A stretch of 64,000 nt of DNA, from contig OZ038378.1 of assembly GCA_964036045.1 (NCBI GenBank), positions 29,326,001-29,390,000 on the forward strand, given 5' to 3'. Below, piece by piece: positions 24,365 to 34,746 of the stretch. The DNA comes from Eutreptiella sp. 'Long Island Sound 2002'. Taxonomy: Eukaryota; Protista; Euglenida. Under the pieces are notes generated by a model. The model was not told the DNA's origin. It saw only the letters and a list, made by a program, of their open reading frames with translations, and made no database searches. How positions within the stretch are numbered: position 1 is the stretch's first letter; every line of letters starts with the position of its first letter. A program made the position numbers and the translations under genes.

Positions 24365-27300
24365 AAACAAATTCGGCCGAAAAGGGGGACCATACACTAC
24401 TTCACCGCCCTCTCTCCCCCGCACGCCCTGTGTCGACACACGGAACTTACATTCGTGCGGAACTACAGTTCCGTAGCCAGCACAACGTGAGCGCACTGCG
24501 TCCCCACATTCATGATGTGTCATGCCATGCAGCCAGGAATACAAACAAGTCGGGATGCACTCTTCTTTTGCACTCCTCCGAGCGAATGGGAGCTAAAACA
24601 TTATACCCTCACCCCGGCGGAAGGCGGGCTTGTGTGCAAACCGTCAAATGGCCCTTGACTCATACCCCATGATTTGTGTGGCGTTGTGTTGCTGTAGCCA
24701 CAAGCGACCATCGCGGAAAAGCCTGAATTTGGCTTGGACGGCCCCATTATTGTACGACGAGGACACTCTGAAGAACTTGAGCCGGACATTGCTCTAGGCA
24801 CAGAGCCAAAAAAACCCTACTTAAAATGCATTGCTACGCACCCTCCTCACAGAAATGGAGCTAAGCTGGGGGCTGGCTGCATCATTATCTACTCTAGTGG
24901 CCATAGAATGTGAGCCTTTGTACACTTTGATTTTCATTGCCCAGTACCCCTCGAACAACTCTGCCTGCTGAAGAGTGGTTATCCATGAGGGGGCCACTAG
25001 GTGTGTGCGATAGCACCCTAGTGCCCCCACCACACCCACCGTATACCCTCTTTGGCCTTCGGCTGCATCGCTAAGATACGTGTGTGTTTGTGTGTGTGAT
25101 TGTTGTGGCATGTGGGTGGGAGGAACAACGCATATGATGGCCGTAGCCGCCAGTGACCGGGCCAATGCTCTGGTGAAATGGCTGTGACCTGCGTAGACCT
25201 GTCCGTATGCCCCAACCAAGAACGGAGTGCTACCTACCCCCAGATGCGACAACCATTGTAGGCATCCCAATAAACGAGAGAGGTCGTGCAGCGAGATGCG
25301 CCTCCGCCCCACGCCCTCAACCATATACGGTGCACCGCAGCGACTGCCACCGGGGATTTAGATATGGTCGCACGGCGAGCATCTATCTGTTTTTCCTATA
25401 AAAACAATGTGCCGGATTGGCTTAATTAGAGACTTCGGGCTGATAATGGGCCTTGCAGCTTGCAACTTATGTGCAATGCGACCAAGGACGAGGCACACTA
25501 AATGTGGAGAGGTGGCAAAGACTAGAATGTTGTCTAAATACTCATCAGTCAAAACATGCATGCCTTGCATTGCACAGCGCACCAAAGCCTTGACTAACCG
25601 CTAAATACTGGGGTGAAGTACTTCCAACCAAAAGGAAGGCGCGTGTGTCTCCACCCTTTCCCCCCTCCCGCACTACTAAAATGCGCCTCCACTGCGCCAG
25701 CAACCGGATTGACCAATACACGTTGGTCAAGTCCAATTTGCCCATCCACAACCCTTAGCCCTGTGGCGCACCCAACCTGTTTGCCAACTTTATCAGTGAA
25801 GGCAACGGGATGCGCGGTGGCCGCCTATGGTGTGCCGCATTTATTTTTGGTGGCATTTGGTAGTAGACGGGACTTGGTTTCGTTTTTGTAATGCAGGAAT
25901 GTTGTGACCGTGGGAGCCCACCCGGTGGTTAGAACCCAGCAGCATATACCCGAGCAGAGTTGTGGAAGGAGAAGAGGAACAAGGGAACCCTAATGTCTGA
26001 AGCAAACGCCTTCAAATAGACTGAGAGCACATCATTGGGCACGCAGTGCCTCCAAATGGAATGTGCCTCAGGTACTTGCCCTGCTTGTCCAGTACCCTGG
26101 CCATTGGTTCGGTGAGCGCATCTGTTGCGGCCAACCCAAGGCAAGCCACTAACTCAGAAGCCTTCAGCAACACCCCCACCACCGGCTTTCCTCCGCGCAT
26201 GTGCTTCAACACCGCGAACATGTCCACTACCGCTTCTCTCTCCATGTTCGCCCGTCCCACTTTTAGCCCCCCACCCCCCGCAACTCCGCCAGGATCTGCT
26301 CCACGCGCCAAATTTCTTGCTCTCCTTAACGGCGTGCTTGTAGTTGCTTTGACTTCCGGCCGAGATCTGGTGTGTCGGCACTTTTTATTGGGCGCCGCAA
26401 GTGTCCATGGCCTAGAGTTCCCCTCCGCCATGACGATATCCGCTCGCAACCACCACTGCCACAATTGTAGCTTGGTACCTGGTCGCTCAGAGAACATGAC
26501 CTTCAAAGTCCGATTGATTGTAGCAACAGGCATCCGTCCTCCACGGTGAAACTCCGAGTTGGGCGGCGGGTATGCATGGATTTTACGCATGCTCGGTGTG
26601 GCCCAGCCTCCCCATATGAGCAACCTCGCCATGGGCGCGCCAAGCAGCCTGAGCTAGCTTCACCGAATCTCCTCCATGAGTTCCACCACAGTGACTTGCA
26701 CTTGGGTTCCGGCCTGCAGTGCCTCCCTTAAGGGGAGCCATGCTAACAGGGAATGTAGATGTGCATGCCTAGCCCGCAGCATGCACGGTAATTCGCCCCA
26801 TTCCCTGGCCCATTGTCCCGGGCATTATGGCTGTCTCGCCCTGCGCCTCTTGGCCCCCATGAATGTGACCTTTTCCCCATCGAACGACACCAAGACGGCC
26901 TCGATTGCCTGCAGACCGAAGCAAATGCCGAGCGCCCCCATTGCGCAAAGCTGCCAGTCTGCTGGCCCCTATGCGAGCCTGCACATGGTTGTGAAGCTTT
27001 ACATTGACGCCCACATTTTTAGCCCGTCGTAGCTGATTTTTTCTTGGTACCGCTCGATGGTATGTACGACGAGCCAATCTCCGGCGCAGATTGCCTGTGC
27101 TCCAGTGAAGTTTTTCGAGAACATGGATCCCATTAAGGAGCTTTTTGGGCGATGATTCACTCGTGGTTGTTCGCACCAATTGCAGTATATGATCGTCGAG
27201 GGATTCGCGTGCGCTTGCCCCGGGCTGCTTACGGATGCGCACTGCAAATCTCCGTAATTCTTGCAAGAAAGCTTTCTTTGTATCCTTTCTTTGTATCGTC

Positions 27301-28850
27301 TGATCGCCCGAATAGCGTTGTGCTTGCGTACGCTGTGGCATACCGTGCGTTGACCGCCTTCTCAAGTTGTTGCACCACACTGACCATGCCGTTTGCATAA
27401 TGCGCGCATGCTCCGTCATCACCTCTTGGAGCCGGCTCACCGTCGTTGTCAAAGGCGCCCCTAGATTCTGGCCCGACTTCTCATTGCCACACCTGGTTGG
27501 CCCTCTCGCGGCTTAGTGTCGAGCCACTCGGCGTTGAATGCGATCACCACGTGGCTGATGGTCTTGGTCACCTTTTGCGCATCGTGGCGGCTTTGCAGCC
27601 GTATGCCGCCCCTTGCCAGTACCAATGACAGGTCTTATGGGAGCGGCAAGGCGTGCTAGGAGGATTCCTGCGTTGATGAGATTGCTTGTTGTTTTAGACT
27701 TAAAATGGGGCAACCCCTTCACGTACATCAAGGGGGGTGCCGCCGCCGCGTCCGTCGTGTCTTCAAAGATTTTCTCATCGGTGGTCCCCGGCTTAGCCCC
27801 ACTCAAAACTGCGTGACGGTCATCTAACGCCGAAGACGAAATGTTGGCGGAGGAATATGAAGTCGATGAGCTAGTGTCCCAAGCCATTTAGCTTTTGTGA
27901 CTGCCGCCATCCTTCTTGGATGCCTTACGCCTAGACTTCTTTCGGGCCTTCTTTTCCTTGCGGCGCATCTCTTTGGCCCTCTCCTTCAACACACTTTTGG
28001 CATCATCATCGCACTTGAGAATGGTATGCCCGATTGCTATTGCCAAGTCCCAATAGATGCCAGGACTGTCCTCTCCCTCCACCACCAAAGTCTAGCCCCA
28101 AGGTGGTGCACTCGTCCCGAACCCGCGACCCTGAACTCCGTGGCCTCCGTACGCCTCTAGCACCCTGCGGAGCCTTTGCGTCCACCGTGATACCCCGGCC
28201 CGTTTCCGCAGAGCCTTCAATTTCACCTTGTGCAACGCATCCTTGAAATCTCCTTCGATGTTGTCTACAGACCGACCCTGCTTAGCTTGCGGCTGCTCCG
28301 GGGGGGGGCACTGGCATTGGGCTCCACAGCTGAACTGAATCCCAATCTGTCCGGCCTCTCCCGATGTGGGTTGACCTTCATCGTGTGACGTCCACACAGC
28401 TAAATGCCGTCTAGCTTTGCTCCAGCGTCAAGTCAAATCTCTGTACATCTACGTCCCATAAGACGCTCAGCGCGAAGAGGAAGCAGTCCCTATAGTATTG
28501 GAATGAGCTCGAAACCATGTTGACGTTGAGCAAGTGCGTGAACAAGACTGCGGGTCGTCGACAGTTGGTTGGGCGTCAGCCATATTGTTTAGCTTGCCGT
28601 GAGGACGTTGTTTCGATGTTCTTCAAGTACCTCCTTTGCTTTGTCGGGTGACTTTATAAGAGTTGACGACGCCTTGTCGAGCAACTCCAGGTTCTCGGTC
28701 AGCTCCATTCGTAAGATTGATCCCAAGACATTTGAAAAGCGACGGAGGGAAGCACCAACAAATTCGGCTGACAAGGGGGACCATGCACTCCAACACAGCC
28801 CTCTCTCCCCCGCCGGCACACGGAACTTACATTCCTGCGGAACTACAGAT
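24365..28850 (-). mobile_element. Decayed tyrosine-recombinase retrotransposon with VIPER/TATE-like order gag-YR-RT-RH and ~95-bp direct terminal repeats
   Basis: Minus strand: basic/acidic gag-like frames at 27.5-28.4 kb; YR-like frames at 26.6-27.4 kb with WNSWRRFG (~26670); RT motifs KLDLTNVYWSI (~25730) and EYLDNILV (~25530); SRLLGCLQWL (~25270). Direct repeats at 24365-24469 and 28757-28848. Confidence 0.75.
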
Positions 28851-29094
28851 CCCAAAACGGCGCATTTTAAAGGCTTTTTGGCAACTGTGGCAGGCCTGAT
28901 ATGTATACAGTGAAGCCAACAACTGCCAAACTGGGGGGGGGGAGGGGGTCTGGAGTTTGCGTATTTTCTTTGTGAATTTCATTTTTTCCCACTATGAAAT
29001 CTGGATTGGAGGGGGGGGTCCTGCCTCCTCTAATACATCCCGGTTAGGCAGGGGGTTACAAGGGGTAGAAATGGAATGAGTCCTCAACAATTCC

Positions 29095-29192
29095 ATGGGA
29101 GCAGCTACTAATATGACAAACACAATACAACACAACGCAACACAACACAACGCAACACGACACAACGCAACACAACACGCTACACCACATTG
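29095..29192 (+). repeat. (CAACA)n-containing short element; inverted copy at 30850-30935
   Basis: CAGCTACTAATATGACAAACACAATACAACAC.. compared with the reverse complement of the right copy, CAGCTGCCAATAAGACAAATACTACACAACAC.. Confidence 0.7.
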
Positions 29193-29596
29193 CCAGTTTG
29201 CCTTGCCTTTATTGGCGTAGTAGTAGTGTCCGGCAGCATTCAGAGGCTACTCTGCTGGAGATTGCCTTGCCAATCGGACATCCTGCAAGAGGTAGCGAAG
29301 GAGCAAGTAGGCATTGTTTGTTTTCCCTCCTTATGTGCCAGGGCTGTAACATCTTCATCACTGGGCATTTTTGTATGTGGAGAGGATTTTCTTTGTGTGA
29401 AATAACGTCCAGTACAGTGGCCGTCGCTTGGCCTACAACCGCTGTTGGGTGGCTCAGAAGGGCCATCATTAGCCTGCCATTAATGTGAAGTGAACAGACC
29501 ATTGTGTTCTCTCTTTGTGCCTCAATATGAGGCTGACCACCAGATGCCCCCGCTGCTGTTTTGTATTGGATGAACAAACGCGCTGCTTCATCGCAG

Positions 29597-29985
29597 GTTT
29601 CGGGGACGATAGCCTCCAGCACTATTCCAATCATCAGTTGCTGGACGATTCGCACGACGCTTTGTTCTTAGTGGACGAGGCCTACATGGCAGTCCATGGG
29701 AACGGGTCGTGCCCACAGATCATGAGTGACGGTCCAGACGGCCCTCCGACGGGGCAGACCGAGCACATCCCCAGCAACCTGGAGAGGGAAGCCGTGTCCT
29801 GGCGGTCCATCCAGCACACCCTCAGCCCCGTGTGGAAGGAGCTCATTGAGGAGGAGCCGAAGTGCGCGCCCGAGACGAACGTCATCGAGGTCGCCAAAGG
29901 GGTGACGGCGGAGGTCTGCTACAACGTCACGGCGGCCGCGCTCTCCGTGGCCGTCACGATGGACATGGCCGGCGTGACGGAGCAG
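29597..29985 (+). CDS. Exon 3 (FGDDSLQHY...VTEQ)
   Basis: TCGCAG| acceptor in phase 1 completes GGT (Gly) with exon 2. GC3-rich open frame; donor CAG|GTGTGG (phase 0). Confidence 0.85.
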
Positions 29986-30095
29986 GTGTGGATGGTGCCA
30001 TGCGGTGACACGCAGTGTGGCATTCCGCTATTCGAACCATGTGCCTCTAGTGCTGCCGTCAGGTGCACGACAGCTGAACTCCGTGAACTCTGTAG

Positions 30096-30632
30096 GTGTG
30101 GATGGCGGTGCAGTTCCGTGACACGGACGAGTGCCTGATGACCCCCCGAGGCGGCGGAGACGGGGAGGTCATCTTCGCCCACGCCAGCGAGGGCTTTGCC
30201 TACACCGTGCATCATGGCCCGTTGCAGGCGAGCCTCAAGAGGTTCGACGCCACGGCCGCATCCAAGTTCATGGAGGGCCTGCAGGCCTTGGACAGTGCAA
30301 ACGGGTACAGTGGCGGTGCAGTGGAGTACGCGGGCGGGAAGGGGACGCTGCGGTTCACACGCGCCTTCGCCACGCAGCCCCAGGCCCTGCACATGAGCTA
30401 TGCCCTCGGGTCGACGAAGGCCGTCGGGTACCACAAGTCGCGGGGTTGTTTCTCTGTTCCGGCTGTGCGGCAGTGTGGGGCCCCTGTCCGGGTTACTGCC
30501 GCCGAAAGCAACTTCCAAAAGCCTATGGACCTGGACAATGCCTGGGGCTCAGGTGCCCTGCACGTCATTCCTCATCGCTTGAGCCTCGTGCTCGCACTGA
30601 GCGTGTGGATTATGGCACTGATGGTGCGCTGA
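30096..30632 (+). CDS. Exon 4: DOMON-like domain plus GPI-type C-terminal hydrophobic tail
   Basis: TGTAG| acceptor (phase 0). VWMAVQF...LMTP...GEVIFA and YHKSRG resemble DOMON Met/His heme-ligand motifs. Ends ..GSG..LSLVLALSVWIMALMVR-stop. Exon lengths 918+292+389+537=2136 nt = 711 aa + stop. Confidence 0.85.
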   Translation: MWMAVQFRDTDECLMTPRGGGDGEVIFAHASEGFAYTVHHGPLQASLKRFDATAASKFMEGLQALDSANGYSGGAVEYAGGKGTLRFTRAFATQPQALHMSYALGSTKAVGYHKSRGCFSVPAVRQCGAPVRVTAAESNFQKPMDLDNAWGSGALHVIPHRLSLVLALSVWIMALMVR

Positions 30633-31949
30633 GGCACGCATGGTTGTGCTTACCCGTAGGCATTAGGGGGTTTGCCAGAGATGAGCCGCGCTCGCTGGTG
30701 CCCGGAGCGCTGGAGGTGAGTGGCGTGCTACGGCCACTGAGCCGCGCACGTGACCTCCATTATCCAATGCCCGACCAATACCAGGGGAACAGCCTCCGGA
30801 CCACACCGGACAGTACTGTGAACAACAGAAACTGTTCACGACACGAGAGCACAGCAGCATTGTTGTGTTGTGTTGTGCTGTGTTGTTTGTGTTGTGTTGT
30901 GTAGTATTTGTCTTATTGGCAGCTGTGTCCCCTGACACACTGCCACACCATTGTACAGCGGACCGTGTGGGGAGATGGCTGATATGGTGAGAGCAATATT
31001 TGTTAAGCATATTGTGGCACCCAATTGGCTCACAGGTGCCGCCTTGCTGGATTGCACTGTTTTGCCTCTGCCATCCAGCAACGCATCCGAGGAAGCCGGT
31101 TTGTTGCGGTTTACTCGCCGCCGACAACCCTGGACCATTCGGTTGAGCAAGGCCATTTGGCAGTGTGTCAAATGCAAAGTTCATGGCCAGCTCAGGGCAT
31201 TCTGTATTGTAGTAGTGGCGAGTTCGTTGTCAACCGGTGGTATTTCGCAATGAATGACCCACCAACATCTTTGTTTTTCTGTGTTAATGAAGGGCATCAG
31301 AGTCCATGGAGTTCCTGGTCTTTCTGGGGCCCCACTGAAAGGCAACCAGCGTTTGTGGATGCCAGGAGCCGTGTTGGTACAAGGATATCAAACACTCTTT
31401 TTTGCACAAGAGCAGCGCATGTGTGCGGCATGTTGCAGCAAGGAGCTGGAAGGGACTCCTTGAGCCTTCCTAGCCACAATCACACAGTACCAGTACCTAC
31501 GCCCCCATGCTAAAGGTAAGGGCAAAATTATGAGGATGTATTGGTCCACCGATGTTAAACACTCTGCTGAAGCGGTGCATCTTGTCACCCAGTGCATCCA
31601 GGACCCTTTTTTGCACAGCAGCAGTGGATATGTGCAGCATGCCGCAGTAAGGAGGCATTGGATTTGGAAAAAAGTACAAGACCCATGTTGGTCTAAATCC
31701 AATATTTCCCTCCAATGCTTGCCCTGGAATTGGCACATGGCTGCACAACACCCATGTGTGTGTTCATATCAGACCCATGTGGGATTGTGTTGGAGCGGGC
31801 AAAGGATGTCCTTTGAGGCCATCACCCACCAATGTCATACAATTGTGACACCATCATGCACCATGTGCATGGCCGGTGGAAAGATGGAGCAGGATATTTG
31901 AATCTTCTGCATCTCGCGTCATATATTGGTGAACATTGCACCGCCATTG

Positions 31950-32170
31950 CAGCCTCATTGCATACCATTATCCTCTATCTTGGTCAGAATGCAGTAGGTG
32001 ATAGTGGGGCACAGGCGCTTGCAGCTCTCAAGGAAACCCTCTTGCTGCTTATTCTTGCCCTCGGTTTTGAGGGGAATGCAGTGGGAGGCAGTGTAGCACA
32101 AGCGCTTGCAGCTTTGAAATTTGCTGGTCATTTCAAACTCTGTACCTCAACCTTGATGAGAATGTAGTGA
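31950..32170 (+). pseudogene. LRR relic (LHTIILYLGQNAVGDSGAQALAALKE..NAVGGSVAQALAAL)
   Basis: Two RI-like LRR units in a short frame with no gene context. Confidence 0.6.
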
Positions 32171-33249
32171 GAGACAGCACAACCGACCGACAATTTTGAA
32201 GGGGTGACCGAGCTTCATACTCCTCCTACTGCACCCCCCTCCCCCGCATCGAAGTTCAGGGTGCCCTTTCCGAGACCAGGGTCAGGCGACCCCCAACCCA
32301 CTTGAAAGCAAGGATGCCTCCTCCGAGCGAAGCATGGAAGACTCAAATCCCAACAGACAACCTGCCATGGCCACTCCTGCCACAAAGGCGGCCCAACTAG
32401 GACACCCTAAAATGCCCTAAAATGGTCCTTTTAAGGGGGTACCTAGAGACCCTTCTAGAGAGGCCAAAATGGGGCTGCCACAGAAACCTCCCAAACACCA
32501 TTGCAGTAGCAGGTGTATGACACCCAAAGTCCCTAGTTATGAGACAGCATGCCAGGGAAGTGCAGTATTGCATGGTACTATACCGACGAGGATGGTTAGG
32601 GGTGCTTGGTAGTGCAGCAAAATGTAGATGTGCTATATGACCCTTGTTGATGCAAGAAACATGGATATTTTTCATCGTTATTTTTGTGCATCCGTCATTG
32701 CCTATTACAATGCTGATAGTGTCACACTATCGAGTTGCTGTCAGGCTCCTGACAGTAGATCATTGTCGGGATCCTGACCATGATGTACTGTCAGGATCCC
32801 GACAATGATCTACTATTAGGATCCTTGACAGTGATAATGTCAAGATCCTCGCAGCAGCGTACCGGTCGGAACCACATAAAGTAATGTCGCAATGCATTGT
32901 CAGGATCCTGGCAATGAACATAATATCAGAACATGTTATCCGAATGTGTTGTCGGGATCCTGAAAAAAACGAGACAGGGATGTAACACACATTGAATAGA
33001 AGGTGTAGGCAAAAGACAAAACAAAAATATAACAATGATCGTAACCACAACATGCGCTAGAAAGTGTAAGAATAGGACGATTGCCGAAACGTGAACAGGA
33101 ACTCGCATGTCACCAAACGCAAAATACAAGTGTAGGTAAATCATGGTGACGTGAATACAAATTAATATGCAACACTGTCAGGATCCTGGCGGTGACAAAC
33201 ATCAAATACTGCTTAACAATTTGTGACAGGATCTTTTGAAATGCCATGA

Positions 33250-34746
33250 CCGTGACAAGTATGGAGCAGCGCAAGTTTACCATGTAGTTGCGTGATTTCT
33301 TGAAGAATTGCGTTTGGAAAGATGGCATGGCAATCATTCATGATGCACTGTCGTTTGTGGAATTTTGCTTGCAGTTGTGTGTTGGCACAACGCGTCACTC
33401 CATTAGGAAACTTGAAAGAGACATCAAGAATGGTACTAGCAGGTGGCTAGCTGTTTTTGCAAAGCAATTGTTCAACATATGGAGATCCATGCACACAAGG
33501 GCAACACCATACATTCGTCACCTGGTGGAACATGAAATATGGCATTTGGCACCTGTGCAAATACCGTGCAATCCTCATCTGGAGAAAATTCTATCCCCTG
33601 CTCAACCGCCTACTTAGAGTTGACCTCAAAATAGGTGATGAAGTACTCTGCCACTGCAAACTGGTATACTTGGAACGACCATTCGGCGCACTTTTTTTTA
33701 GCTAGCCAGTCAACGAGGGGACTCCTGGACACAGTTGTGCGCAGATTGAGGTCAACGCAACACCCAACCACCAGTGACAGTGTGGCTCTCAGTAAAACGA
33801 AAGGGCTGCAAACTCACCTGTACACGTACTGTCCCATTCTGTTCGTCCTCGGGTATGGTGTTCGCTCGTGTATTTGGGAAGGACAACAACTACATACGGG
33901 AGGTAAAGACGAAGAGGTCTTGCAGCGTTGTCTTATTACCATGCTAGCACTGTGTGGTACAAACTCCCCAGCTGTAGAGTATGTGCGAACCATATGCTGT
34001 GCCCTTGCTTCGTGGCAAGACTAGCACAATCGTGCAACAGGATGTACCTTTGTCGAGGAAAGTGGTGAGGCAATGCTCTCCAGGTTAATGGGAGCGTGGA
34101 AAGCTCGTCCACATGGAAAAGACATCTCAGTAGTGTTGGACATATTCTTTTGTCTACTAGATATTCAGTCTAAGCACAACATTTGAGCTAACATTGCACA
34201 AAAATACGTAGTACACTTCAGGGAGGCAATTAGGCTGGTCATTGCTCAGGCAGCAAATGAGGCTACACAATTTGTCCCCTTCTCACAAGCAAAAGAAGGA
34301 AAAACAGCCGTTGAGAGAGCGCGGGACCCTTTTTGGGAGGCACCCCCCAATTGACTGAGGCTGTTTTTGTACATGCGTTACAGTGTCTCAGGCATAAGGT
34401 ACCACCGCATGCAGGCACAGACAGGGCCCTTTCAAGGCATGTACCAAAGCGAACTGCAGCAGATATTAGGGATGATAGACCGGCGCAGCAAATTCTTCGG
34501 GCAATGGCCAAACGTGTTAACCAAAGGTGTGCCCCCGAAGCCAAACCCAAACCCAAAGCGCAGGCTGCACCAAAAGAACCAGTACCTACTGCCAAGCCTG
34601 CACCTAAGCGTGCACCCAAAATAGCGCCCCAATCTCCTGCGGACATTCAGGGACTTTATGCTCTGGCCAGTGATGATGAAATCTCTGATTTCGATGAGTA
34701 CCTGGTAGCATCAGAACATTTGTTGAAAGATGTGGATGAAAACTAA
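33250..34746 (+). pseudogene. Element ORF1, decayed and unassigned (candidate transposase-related protein)
   Basis: Colinear protein-like frames with stops and frameshifts: LRDFLKNCVWKD...; LCHCKLVYLE...; GCTFVEESGEAMLSRL...; a Pro/Lys-rich then acidic C-terminus. Confidence 0.5.

Noticed and set aside
29986-30095. Non-conventional euglenid intron
   Set aside because: No junction placement within the direct repeat gives +4 CAG and -8 CTG. A GT-AG reading restores the frame exactly.
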